Both the position numbers and the translations under genes were made by a program. The notes beneath the pieces are model-generated. The model was not told where the DNA came from and searched no databases. It worked only from the letters and a program-made list of their open reading frames with translations. This document shows, piece by piece, positions 29,807-38,660 of a stretch of DNA of 64,000 nucleotides. This DNA comes from Candidatus Omnitrophota bacterium (GTDB taxonomy: Bacteria; Omnitrophota; Gorgyraeia; Gorgyraeales; Gorgyraeaceae): positions 2,696-66,695 of the forward strand of contig JAHJHC010000088.1 in assembly GCA_018824145.1 (NCBI GenBank), read 5' to 3'. The first letter of the stretch is position 1. Each line of letters opens with the position of its first letter.

Positions 29807-31031
29807 CTCGATAAAAGAGACTGACATCGAGAGTCGGTTGGCTTTGCTTTTAGCAAGATGGATAATATATGATAATGGTTTTGAAAAGATAGAAAATTTA
29901 TTGATGCAGGAAAAGATCGAATGGAAGAAGTTCCGAGAGATCATTGTATATCATGAATTGTGTGCTTTTGCCTACATTTGTTTAAAAAAACATCTTTATT
30001 TGTTGCCTAATAACAGCATGGAGTTATTAAAAAAAGATTACTATTTTTGTTTAACCCATCAGGTTTTTTTATGGCGTGAATTCTTACGCATAGCACATAT
30101 TTTCAGAGATAAAAATATAGAGTTTACACCGTTAAAAGGAATAGCTTTTTTTATAGACAATATGTATGGTGAAAGAAGATATTTGAGACCCATGGTGGAT
30201 ATAGACCTTATGGTTAAAAAGGAAACGTTGCCTTTGGTTGAAAGAATCCTGGGAAGTCTTGGGTATGAGAAACATTTGGGAGGCAATAAAGAGGATTATT
30301 GGAAAAGCCAAAACTATCATTTACCATTTATAAAAAAAAGACAAAAAGGATTGCCTTGTATGGCCGAAATGCATTGGGACCTAGATTATAAAAGAAAGAA
30401 TCCCTTGCTGCCTTATTTATGGAGCAGGATAAAAAAAATGCGTTTGGATGGCAAAGAGATATCCCTCCTTAGTCCAGAAGATACACTTTTTAGTATTGCG
30501 CTCCATCATCGCCGATTCGGAAAAATGCTTTGTTTAAAGAATGTTTGTGACACAGCAATGTTGCTGGAACGATACAAGGATGATATTGACTGGCATTACA
30601 TATTAAGGGAGGCAGAAAGAGAGGGGATGAGGACGATACTATATTTTATATTTACTCAGGCAACTCTTTTGCTTGACGTAAAAATACCCCCTTTCGTTTT
30701 AAGAAGACTAGATATACCTGGGTATAAGAGGCAGTTAATTGAACGATTTATTCTTAGCAATACTTTTGCGGTAGAGTCGGGGTTAAATAACTATAAATCT
30801 CTTTATCTCAGGACTCATTTTTTAATTTATGATAATATATGGGATCCAGTTAAATGTGTACTAGGTCTTCCTCTAGAACAATTTGCTAAATTTTATAGTT
30901 TACAACCTTATTCCAGAAGAACTAACTTGCTTTACAAGATTCGTTATCTATATTTCTTGAAGAGTCTTCTTGTGATTATACTAAATGCAACAACTAAAAG
31001 AATGTCGAAGTTGCTAAAAAATAAGAAATGA
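29769..31031 (+). CDS. Uncharacterised nucleotidyltransferase family protein (NTP_transf_5-like)
   Basis: MVDIDLMVKK motif typical of minimal nucleotidyltransferase folds. Members of this family co-occur with HprK-related kinases and PqqD/rSAM genes. Confidence 0.55.
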   Translation: MMDYGYLDMIHFSSIKETDIESRLALLLARWIIYDNGFEKIENLLMQEKIEWKKFREIIVYHELCAFAYICLKKHLYLLPNNSMELLKKDYYFCLTHQVFLWREFLRIAHIFRDKNIEFTPLKGIAFFIDNMYGERRYLRPMVDIDLMVKKETLPLVERILGSLGYEKHLGGNKEDYWKSQNYHLPFIKKRQKGLPCMAEMHWDLDYKRKNPLLPYLWSRIKKMRLDGKEISLLSPEDTLFSIALHHRRFGKMLCLKNVCDTAMLLERYKDDIDWHYILREAEREGMRTILYFIFTQATLLLDVKIPPFVLRRLDIPGYKRQLIERFILSNTFAVESGLNNYKSLYLRTHFLIYDNIWDPVKCVLGLPLEQFAKFYSLQPYSRRTNLLYKIRYLYFLKSLLVIILNATTKRMSKLLKNKK

Positions 31032-31246
31032 CAATCACTCTCGTATTTCCACTTTTAATGGCAGAACGGAATTTTATGGTGAGAAGATTTCTTTTTGAAT
31101 GTACTAAAGAAATAGATTGGAAGGGAATTAATGAGATGGGAAAGAAATTGTTAAATAAACCTAAAAAATCGGCTACAGAATAAATTTTTGAGTCATTCTC
31201 ATGCTCATATGTTAATTCATGCCGCTTTAAAATGAAAAGTTCTCCT

Positions 31247-31274
31247 TTGAACATAGCTGAAGATATGGTAAAAT
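31247..31274 (+). promoter_or_regulatory. Putative sigma70-type promoter: TTGAAC, 16-nt spacer, TGgTAAAAT extended -10
   Basis: Read directly from sequence, 23 nt upstream of the ATG at 31297. It lies in the only sizeable intergenic gap (31032-31296) of this block. Confidence 0.35.
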
Positions 31275-31296
31275 TTGCTTGTAAATCGGATAGGAC

Positions 31297-32694
31297 ATGA
31301 TGAAAACCGTGAAATTTTCTATAGGATATAACCATGACATGGGATTGTTAGATCTTTTGGAGGAATTTAAAAGTAATATTGAAGCAGTTTATTTCCCTGT
31401 TCCTTATCAGTTTTTAAGTTCAGGTAGAAATCTTCCTCAGGGAAAAGATTACATTGGCGAAATTGTAAAAATAATTAAGAAATGTAATTCATTAAATATT
31501 ATACCCGAATTATTATTGAATGCTACTTGTGATGGAGGAAGAGGATTAAAAAAGAACTTTCCAGCGGACATGATTAAATATATTAAGGAGTTGAAGGATT
31601 TAGGGTTAAAGAATATTATAGTTACAAACCCTGTTTATATTAGTAGGATCAGAAAAGAGATCAAAGATATTACCATCGAATCTTCCGTTAATTGTTATAT
31701 AAAAACCGTAGAACATGCTTCATATTTGAAAGATTTAGGCGTGGATATTTTAACTATTGATAGGGATATAAATAGAGATATACCTTTGATAAAAAAAATC
31801 AAAAAATCTACCGGACTTAAAATAAAGATAATGCTTAACGAAGGGTGCTTGAAAAATTGCCCTTTCAGAAATGTTCATTATAATTATCTTTCTCATAGTA
31901 CTACGAAGGAAAATTCTCAAAATAGCATTCTTTCAGATTATTTTTGTTATACTATATATTCAAAAAATCCTGAAAAAGTATTTAAAACACCGTTCATACC
32001 GCCAGAGGCATTGGGATATTATATTGATTTTGTGGATTATTTTAAGTTATCTACCAGAGTATTTGATTTACCCAGGATAAAGCGATGCTTGGAGGCTTAT
32101 AAAGAGCAGAGATTTAGCGGTAATTTATTAAATATATTAGATAGCCCAGGTCTTTCTTATTTTAGTTTCATAAATCATGATGCTTTGAAAAAAAACAACT
32201 ACTTTTTAAAGATGCTTAAATGTGACGAGAATTGTGCCGAATGTAATTATTGTAATAGATTAAAGCAAGAAGCGGCTATTATAAATACCAGTTTATTGAA
32301 AGGAGAAGAAAGAAACAAAGAAGATGCAAAAGCTATTGTTGTCTTTGAGAGACTTTTAAAAGATTTCCCAAAGGAATCTGCTATTTATTTAGGTTTAGCA
32401 AAAGCATATTTACACTTTAAAAAGTATAAAGAAGCTATTGAGATTTTGAGTAAAGCCTTATCTTTTAATTTAAATAACGCTAACATTTGCTATCTGTTAG
32501 GTGTTTGTTATGTAGGGGTAGAAGACTTTAATAATGCAATAGAGAATCTTAAAAAAGCCAAAGAAAAAGGTTTTAAGAGTGCTAGAGTAAATTTTTTACT
32601 TTCAGGATGTTACAGAAGAATCAAGATGAAAAAGAAAGCGCTTAGAGAATTAGATGAAGGGATTCAAAAGATAAAAGAGGTAAATGTGGTTTAA
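31297..32694 (+). CDS. Hypothetical protein with an N-terminal domain of unknown function, a C4 Cys cluster (CDENCAECNYC) and C-terminal TPR repeats
   Basis: TPR-like helical repeats (AIYLGLAKAYLHFKKYKEAIEIL; ANICYLLGVCYVGVEDFNNAIENL). I could not assign the N-terminal domain securely. Confidence 0.6.
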   Translation: MMKTVKFSIGYNHDMGLLDLLEEFKSNIEAVYFPVPYQFLSSGRNLPQGKDYIGEIVKIIKKCNSLNIIPELLLNATCDGGRGLKKNFPADMIKYIKELKDLGLKNIIVTNPVYISRIRKEIKDITIESSVNCYIKTVEHASYLKDLGVDILTIDRDINRDIPLIKKIKKSTGLKIKIMLNEGCLKNCPFRNVHYNYLSHSTTKENSQNSILSDYFCYTIYSKNPEKVFKTPFIPPEALGYYIDFVDYFKLSTRVFDLPRIKRCLEAYKEQRFSGNLLNILDSPGLSYFSFINHDALKKNNYFLKMLKCDENCAECNYCNRLKQEAAIINTSLLKGEERNKEDAKAIVVFERLLKDFPKESAIYLGLAKAYLHFKKYKEAIEILSKALSFNLNNANICYLLGVCYVGVEDFNNAIENLKKAKEKGFKSARVNFLLSGCYRRIKMKKKALRELDEGIQKIKEVNVV

Positions 32695-33595
32695 AGCAGT
32701 ACGCTATCGGGAGAACTATTTTATGAAAAATCATATGTTTAGCTGCGAATTTTTTAAACTAGGGCCTTTTACCGTTTGTATTAATTTTGAAAATGATGAA
32801 TTAAGAAAAGAGGTAACCTCTCTTTTTAAAGAAAACTGGCCGGTAATTAGTGTTTATCAGATAACACCTAATGTAGTAGACTGTTATTGTCATGTTTTTA
32901 TCAGTGAGAGGTATTATAAAGATTATATTGAAAAAACTCCAAAAGATAATACGAGCTATTGTTATGCGGCAGATAATAGATTATTGACCTATTCTTCGGA
33001 TTTTAAGCTTATAAGATACTTTATAAACACGACAAGCAATTATATTGCATATATTTTAGACTTTATAGGCAAATTATTTATTTTTTCACCATTTTTATTA
33101 AGGCATAATTCGCTTATGTTGCATGCCGCCGGAGTAGTTTATAAAAATAAGGGATTTATTTTTGCAGGCCCTGCAGGTATAGGTAAAACAACTATTTGTA
33201 AGATTCTCTGTCGTGGCGGTGCGTATCCTTTATCGGATGATAGAGTTATCGTGCGTAATGAAGGGGGTAAATTCACGGTTTATCCTTTATGGATTTTCTC
33301 TTCGGATGGCATGGACTTGAGCTATGAATTTATGAAATTGCAATTTCATTCTTTTCCATTGAAAGCGATATTTTTTTTACAACAAAGTAAAAAATTTGCT
33401 TTAAAAGAGATGAATTTTTTGGACAAGATAAGTATGATTTCAAAAAACTCCCTTTTGTTTTCCGAGAACATCAGAGATTCGAGAGAGGATTTTTTTTTAA
33501 GCGTACACAGCATATCCAAAAATAAGCATATTTACAAGCTTTGCTATGATAGAAGCGATAAAATATTCCCTTTATTAGATTCTTATGATGAGTGA
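32684..33595 (+). CDS. HPr kinase/phosphorylase-related (HprK C-terminal domain-like) putative kinase
   Basis: LHAAGVVYKNKGFIFAGPAGIGKTT matches the HprK-like core (LHAsav...G.gvL..G.sG.GKS) and includes a P-loop. Confidence 0.6.
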   Translation: MWFKAVRYRENYFMKNHMFSCEFFKLGPFTVCINFENDELRKEVTSLFKENWPVISVYQITPNVVDCYCHVFISERYYKDYIEKTPKDNTSYCYAADNRLLTYSSDFKLIRYFINTTSNYIAYILDFIGKLFIFSPFLLRHNSLMLHAAGVVYKNKGFIFAGPAGIGKTTICKILCRGGAYPLSDDRVIVRNEGGKFTVYPLWIFSSDGMDLSYEFMKLQFHSFPLKAIFFLQQSKKFALKEMNFLDKISMISKNSLLFSENIRDSREDFFLSVHSISKNKHIYKLCYDRSDKIFPLLDSYDE

Positions 33596-34877
33596 TCGTT
33601 TTATAGTTTTAAAAAGAAAACATAAAAAATCGTGGTTATTTGACAAACTCGAAGGGAAAATTTTTTCTCTCAATCGGACCGCAGCCGAAATATTAAAGTT
33701 AATATGCGAAAATAGAAAAAAAGAGGAAATAAAGAAAATTTTTACCGAGAAATTAGATATTAAAGATGTCCGGATTTTCAAAAAAGATTTTGATCGCTTT
33801 AAATCCATGGTCGAAAGTAAAAAAATATCCGATGTTTCGCATAGAAAAATTCCTCCTCGTGCACTTAGAAATATACAGTTGTGTTTGACCTATAGGTGTA
33901 ATCTATCTTGCCGCCATTGTTATCAGAGTAATCATAATGCTGTCGGTTATATGCCGTTAGGATTAGTAAAAAAAGCATTAGGAGAAATTTCAAGGATGCA
34001 TAGTATTGAATCAGTGGTTTTATCAGGAGGCGAGCCTTTTTTACATAAAGATATTTTTGCAATATTTGAATCCGTCTCTTCTCTTTTAGACTTGGGCAAA
34101 AGGGTTAGGGTATGTACTAACGGAACTATTTTTAGACCGAGCGAGATTAGGAGAATAGACAATAGAATGGAGTTTTTCGTTAGTCTTGATGGAAGCACAG
34201 AGAAACAAAACCGTATAATTAGAGGCCCTGGTAAATTTCGAGCTACTTTGCGAATAATAGAATCCCTCGTAAATAATGGCAACGTAGTAATAATTAATTT
34301 TGTTGTAAACCGCTATACCTGGAAAGATATGCTAAAAATATGTAGTTTAGGTAAAAAATTAGGGATATCCAGAATAAATTTTCTACCAACGATTTTTATA
34401 AATAAGTCCGAAGCCTATGTGCGAAGACTGATTATACCTCGGGAGAAACGGGTTGCTTTTTTAAAAGAAAAAGAAAAGATAAAGCATCAATTTGACAGGA
34501 ATTTTTTTTTGGGGAGATTCCTAGAGCTGAATTTTCTTTCGGGTACTTCTAAAAGAAAATTCCCGATTATTTTGCTACCTTGCCCTGCAGGGACTCAAAA
34601 GTGTTATGTCGAACCAAGTGGGGATGTGGTCCCTTGTTATTATCTAGGAGGACATGTGGGGGGGAATTTTAAAAGTTTTTCCATGAAACAAATTTGGAAT
34701 TTCCCTGCTGTGCAATTTGAACGCGCACGTTTTCCTTATATTGTTGACGAAGAAGATATGCCTGGATGTACGGATTGTGAATATGTTTTTCAATGTTTCG
34801 AGGAAAATTTCGATAATGTATTATTTTCAAATTTACGCGGGGAAGTAATAAAAGAAATTATCTGTTATAAACTGTAA
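33585..34877 (+). CDS. Radical SAM/SPASM domain protein with an N-terminal PqqD-like (RRE) domain
   Basis: N-terminal region of about 90 aa resembles PqqD (LNRTAAEILKLICENRKKEEI). rSAM motif LTYRCNLSCRHC plus GGEPF. The C-terminus carries SPASM cysteines (CPAGTQKCYVEPSGDVVPCYYL ... GCTDCEYVFQC). Confidence 0.8.
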   Translation: MMSDRFIVLKRKHKKSWLFDKLEGKIFSLNRTAAEILKLICENRKKEEIKKIFTEKLDIKDVRIFKKDFDRFKSMVESKKISDVSHRKIPPRALRNIQLCLTYRCNLSCRHCYQSNHNAVGYMPLGLVKKALGEISRMHSIESVVLSGGEPFLHKDIFAIFESVSSLLDLGKRVRVCTNGTIFRPSEIRRIDNRMEFFVSLDGSTEKQNRIIRGPGKFRATLRIIESLVNNGNVVIINFVVNRYTWKDMLKICSLGKKLGISRINFLPTIFINKSEAYVRRLIIPREKRVAFLKEKEKIKHQFDRNFFLGRFLELNFLSGTSKRKFPIILLPCPAGTQKCYVEPSGDVVPCYYLGGHVGGNFKSFSMKQIWNFPAVQFERARFPYIVDEEDMPGCTDCEYVFQCFEENFDNVLFSNLRGEVIKEIICYKL

Positions 34878-34918
34878 TAGGATTTTTTTCAACCTATTGC
34901 CATCAAAATTCCACAAAA

Positions 34919-36286
34919 ATGAAGACACCAAAGTTGGCTTTTGTTGAACGATCAGAAAGTGATTTTATCAGCGCGAAAATTGCTAACGAAAACTTTATAA
35001 ATTTTTTATCCAAATACATGGAGGTAGACAGAATTTCTGTAGCAGAAAAAAAAGATTTAAAAGAGACCTTTGAAAACATCGAAAATGATAAATTCGACTA
35101 TGTATATATCGATAGTTTTAATTTTCTTTTAGAGACGTTTCTTTTAAGGGATAGATATCAACTAAATATATCTATAATTGCCCGCCTCGATTCAATTATT
35201 CACCAAGAACAAAATAACTTTGCCTATCTAATACCATTGATAAGGGAAGGTGATATGCTTTTTACCCCATCACGATATTCTCAAAATTCTTACTACAGAA
35301 TATCAGATAAGGTAAAAATCCATTGCATTCCACACGCCATAGATATAAATTTAATCCAAAAAAATATGAACCCAAATATTAAAAACGATAAAATTATCAT
35401 AACTTATTTGGGAAGGTTGGCAGACCAAAAAGGTGTTAGCATATTAATAGAATCTATGCCTCGAATTTTTTCTGAAGTAAGAAATGTACAATTGAATGTA
35501 ATAGGTCCATTAAGTGGGGATAGAATAACTAATTATCCGCAAACAGAATATGTTAAAAAAATAAAGGAGCGCGTAAAAGAACTAAATTTAGCTGAAATTA
35601 TCCACTTTAAGGGAGTCCAATTTGGTGCGGATAAATATAAACTTTTATCTCAGTCAGTAATCTTGGTTAACCCGACTATTGCTGCGGAAGAGACTTTTGG
35701 TATAGTAAATATAGAGGCTTTGTCGTGTGGAGTACCAGTGGTAGCAACCAATTGGGCAGGTATAAATGAAATAATTAATGATAAAATAAATGGAGTCCTG
35801 GTAGATATCGAGTGTAAGAAGTTTAAGAGAGGTAATTTCACAGGTAAGAGTTATAAAGTGAACCAGAGACAACTGGTGAATTCAATAGTAAGTATTTTGC
35901 AAAGCAAGACACTCCAGCTAAAATTAAAGCAAAATGCCTTGATAAGTGCAAAAGATTATGATTATCGAAAAATAATGCCTTGTCTTGTCGATTTATTAAA
36001 TAAGACAAATAGAGGGCGGTTACAAAAGAGGGCGTGGGGATCAATAAAAACTAAAAAAGCAACAGATTTTGACTATCTTTATAATAGGGATTTCCTTTTT
36101 TTTCTTTATTACTTTAAATATAATTTATATACATATTCTGAGTTGTATCAAAAATTTTTCGGCAGTGACGTTTTATCTTTCAATGAACCGAAAGCAGGGA
36201 GAAATTTTAACATTAAAGAATCTGATAAGGATAGGAATAGGAACATTCTCAGGGTTTACTCAGATTATTTAATGTTAAGAGATTAA
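34919..36286 (+). CDS. GT4 (GT-B fold) glycosyltransferase
   Basis: NIEALSCGVPVVATNWAGINEIINDKINGVLV near the C-terminus, a GT4 E-x7-E region. Confidence 0.75.
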   Translation: MKTPKLAFVERSESDFISAKIANENFINFLSKYMEVDRISVAEKKDLKETFENIENDKFDYVYIDSFNFLLETFLLRDRYQLNISIIARLDSIIHQEQNNFAYLIPLIREGDMLFTPSRYSQNSYYRISDKVKIHCIPHAIDINLIQKNMNPNIKNDKIIITYLGRLADQKGVSILIESMPRIFSEVRNVQLNVIGPLSGDRITNYPQTEYVKKIKERVKELNLAEIIHFKGVQFGADKYKLLSQSVILVNPTIAAEETFGIVNIEALSCGVPVVATNWAGINEIINDKINGVLVDIECKKFKRGNFTGKSYKVNQRQLVNSIVSILQSKTLQLKLKQNALISAKDYDYRKIMPCLVDLLNKTNRGRLQKRAWGSIKTKKATDFDYLYNRDFLFFLYYFKYNLYTYSELYQKFFGSDVLSFNEPKAGRNFNIKESDKDRNRNILRVYSDYLMLRD

Positions 36287-36306
36287 AAAGGTACGATTTA
36301 AATTAC

Positions 36307-36335
36307 TTTACAAGATAAGTGGCGTGTTGTATAAT
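36307..36335 (+). promoter_or_regulatory. Putative sigma70-type promoter: TTTACA, 17-nt spacer, TATAAT
   Basis: Read directly from sequence. Followed by RBS GGGAGG and the ATG at 36355 of the PqqD gene. Confidence 0.4.
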
Positions 36336-36354
36336 TTCATTGGCTGGGAGGCAT

Positions 36355-36672
36355 ATGATGAAATGGAAAGATGAAAGACCTATCAGGAAAAATAATACTG
36401 TCCTAAGGGAAATAGAAGGCGAGAGTCTGTTGGTTCCGATCGCCCAGTTTGATGACCCATTTTTGATTTTGTACACCCTTAATGACGCAGGCAGATTCAT
36501 TTGGGATATTATCGGTACTTCTTGTTCGGCAGGAGAGATTGTCAAAAAGTTGATGGAACAATATGAAGTCGATGAAAAATGCGCCCAAAAAGACGTAGAA
36601 ATGTTTCTTTCCCTCTTGCATGATAAAGATTTGATTTCTTTCAATAAGGTAGAAAATGACCGAAACATGTAA
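36355..36672 (+). CDS. PqqD-family protein (RiPP recognition element / peptide chaperone)
   Basis: LNDAGRFIWDIIGTSCSAGEIVKKLMEQYEVDEKCAQKDVEMFLSLLHDKDLI matches the PqqD consensus LNetgafiWeLldG.rtveeIv..l.e.ydv..e.a..Dv.eFl..L...gLi. Start chosen at the ATG after the GGGAGG RBS; the ORF track starts it at 36319. Confidence 0.75.
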   Translation: MMKWKDERPIRKNNTVLREIEGESLLVPIAQFDDPFLILYTLNDAGRFIWDIIGTSCSAGEIVKKLMEQYEVDEKCAQKDVEMFLSLLHDKDLISFNKVENDRNM

Positions 36673-37825
36673 TCGTTATTATAGTACGCGTTATTTTTTA
36701 AGCACTCGTGATAGAAATAAACAATCAGCTACTCATAAGGTAGGCATAAAAGCTATTTTGTTTTCTTTGTTTATCAATCTTACCCATTGCTGCAATTTAG
36801 ACTGTTCAATATGTTTAGTGAAGAGTGATTTGTCTTCAAGAAAAAAACAAGAACTAGATACACGCACTATAAAACAAATTTTAGATGAAGCAGCTTCTTT
36901 AGGAGCGTTAAATGTTGGTTTTTCTGGAGGAGAACCTTTATTACGCGAGGACTTCGAAGATGTTTATGTTTATGCAATTAAAAAAGGATTTTTAGTATCA
37001 ATATATTCTAATATCACTTTATTAACTAGTTCTACACTTGATCTTTTTCAAAGATATCCCCCTGACAGGATTCAGGTTTCCGTTTATGGTTTATCTAGAG
37101 AGATATATGAGAAAGTTACAAGGGTTCCAGGATCTTTCGACTCTTTTATGAATAACCTTGCTGGGTTGAGAGAGAGAAGAATTAGGCTTAGCTTGCAATT
37201 TACCCTTTGTTCCAGTAATGAAAAAGAATGTGAACATTTCATCCATTCTTTCCCAAAGAAAGATTACGAGCTTAAAAATGCTACAATTTATTTATATAAA
37301 CATATGAGATCCGATGCTAGGAGAAATGCTTTAATTGAACAGGTGATGTTGCCGCCAGCTAAGATGGCTTATTATGTGTTTAAATATCAGTTTAGTAGCC
37401 GGATGGGCTTCTTGTTTTCTCCTTCTGATAGGAGAAAGATAAGGGGTCAAAATAAACTTTTTTGGAGATGTTTAAAAGATATAGAAACACTTAGTATTAG
37501 TCCTTCAGGTGAATGTTGCTTTTGTTACGAGATGCCTGTACCCGAAAATAGACGTCAGTATAAACCAGGTAAGTTGAAGGAAATTGTACGGGTGCTTTTA
37601 GAAGAGAAAAAAAATGCAATCATGCCGGATATAGAATGTCGAGATTGTCCTAATCTTTTATATTGCGAGTGGTGTCCACTTTATGCTTACGTATTTATGG
37701 GAAAGTTAGCACCTATTCCTTATTTCTGCGAAGTTATGAAAGAATTAAATTTACTGGGTGTGCCTATGCTTACAGAGGAGGTAATTTATGCCGGAAAAGA
37801 AAAGGAACAAAAAGAAAAAGTATGA
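36656..37825 (+). CDS. Radical SAM/SPASM domain peptide-modifying enzyme
   Basis: rSAM cluster motif LTHCCNLDCSIC, GGEPL motif, and C-terminal SPASM cysteines (CCFCYE ... CRDCPNLLYCEWCP). Start overlaps the end of the PqqD gene. Confidence 0.85.
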   Translation: MTETCNRYYSTRYFLSTRDRNKQSATHKVGIKAILFSLFINLTHCCNLDCSICLVKSDLSSRKKQELDTRTIKQILDEAASLGALNVGFSGGEPLLREDFEDVYVYAIKKGFLVSIYSNITLLTSSTLDLFQRYPPDRIQVSVYGLSREIYEKVTRVPGSFDSFMNNLAGLRERRIRLSLQFTLCSSNEKECEHFIHSFPKKDYELKNATIYLYKHMRSDARRNALIEQVMLPPAKMAYYVFKYQFSSRMGFLFSPSDRRKIRGQNKLFWRCLKDIETLSISPSGECCFCYEMPVPENRRQYKPGKLKEIVRVLLEEKKNAIMPDIECRDCPNLLYCEWCPLYAYVFMGKLAPIPYFCEVMKELNLLGVPMLTEEVIYAGKEKEQKEKV

Positions 37826-37952
37826 AGCACCTTGCTTAGAAGAAGTATCTATTCAGGAAGGTGGAGGAATAGCTACTGGTTGTTCTAACTGGAGAGGTGT
37901 ACATGAACTCTGCAGTTGTGGTTGCGAAAATGGGGGTAGCGCGGTCAACTAA
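37788..37952 (+). CDS. Candidate RiPP precursor peptide (54 aa): MPEKKRNKKKKYEAPCLEEVSIQEGGGIATGCSNWRGVHELCSCGCENGGSAVN
   Basis: Not in the supplied ORF track because it is under 60 aa. The ATG at 37788 is preceded by a perfect Shine-Dalgarno GAGGAGG with a 5-nt spacer. It has a Lys-rich leader, a Gly-Gly-Gly junction and a C-terminal core with 4 Cys. It lies directly 3' of, and overlapping, the rSAM/SPASM gene. Confidence 0.6.
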   Translation: MPEKKRNKKKKYEAPCLEEVSIQEGGGIATGCSNWRGVHELCSCGCENGGSAVN

Positions 37953-38019
37953 TGAGATTGCAAATGATAATTTGTAATAAGATTTTAGAAGATAGGCACC
38001 AGTTTCTTAAACTTAAGCC

Positions 38020-38547
38020 ATGATAAACCAAATAATAAAAGAGCTTGAAATAGAAAGGATAAAAAGTCTTTTAGACGATAGGAAATACTTCTGGTTAAGT
38101 GTTCGTGGTAAGTCTATGGAGCCAGTTTTAAGAGCTGATTATAAAGTAAAAATTAGAAAAGTAGATGTAAATAAAATTAAAGTCGGAGATATTATAGTTT
38201 TTGGCAGGGGACAAATTGTCTGCCACAGAGTTATTAGGAGGTTGAAGTTTTTTAACGAAACTTACTTTATCCATAAAGGAGATAATGTCGTTATTGGGGA
38301 CATAGTTACTGGTAGCGATTTAATCGGTAAAGTAGAAACAATAATAGACGACAAAAAACAGGAAATCAATAAAGAAGCCTGGCAATATCGCGCCCCTAAT
38401 ATGAAAAGGTTTGCGGAATTGCACTATATTTATTTAATCTGTGTCCTAGTAAAAAAAAGAATTTTAAAAGAGAGAAGGAATAAGTTTACAGAATTATTAA
38501 AGAGAATTTTTTGGAAAATAATAGTAACCCCGCTAAATGCCGTCTAA
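38020..38547 (+). CDS. S26-type signal peptidase I-like (S24/S26 superfamily) peptidase lacking an obvious N-terminal TM anchor
   Basis: GKSMEPVL (compare the GDSMxPTL Ser box), CHRVIRRL (compare the KRVIG Lys box) and KGDNV (compare the GDNR box). Confidence 0.55.
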   Translation: MINQIIKELEIERIKSLLDDRKYFWLSVRGKSMEPVLRADYKVKIRKVDVNKIKVGDIIVFGRGQIVCHRVIRRLKFFNETYFIHKGDNVVIGDIVTGSDLIGKVETIIDDKKQEINKEAWQYRAPNMKRFAELHYIYLICVLVKKRILKERRNKFTELLKRIFWKIIVTPLNAV

Positions 38548-38660
38548 TTGCTATTGAAGGCATGCTAAATTTAATTGAAAATTCAGCGTACTAATATAAG
38601 AAATTTTCATTATGCCTGTCAAGGTCATGTATAAAGTTAGAAAATATAGAAATTTTCTCC

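Noticed and set aside
31056-31163. 35-aa ORF (MVRRFLFECTKEIDWKGINEMGKKLLNKPKKSATE) in the 265-nt gap before the TPR gene, considered as a precursor
   Set aside because: Weak RBS and no conserved-looking core. It is kept only as a remote possibility.
36069-36272. 67-aa hydrophobic ORF just upstream of the PqqD promoter, considered as a precursor or leader
   Set aside because: It lies entirely within the 3' end of the GT4 CDS (34919-36286) in another frame, so it is most likely spurious.
36355-37952. PQQ biosynthesis (pqqD/pqqE with pqqA) or mycofactocin (mftA/B/C) interpretation of the PqqD + rSAM/SPASM + peptide trio
   Set aside because: The peptide lacks the PqqA E-x3-Y motif and the MftA C-terminal GVY motif. 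No pqqB/pqqC or mftD/E/F-like genes are nearby. The Cys-rich core points to a thioether-type RiPP instead.
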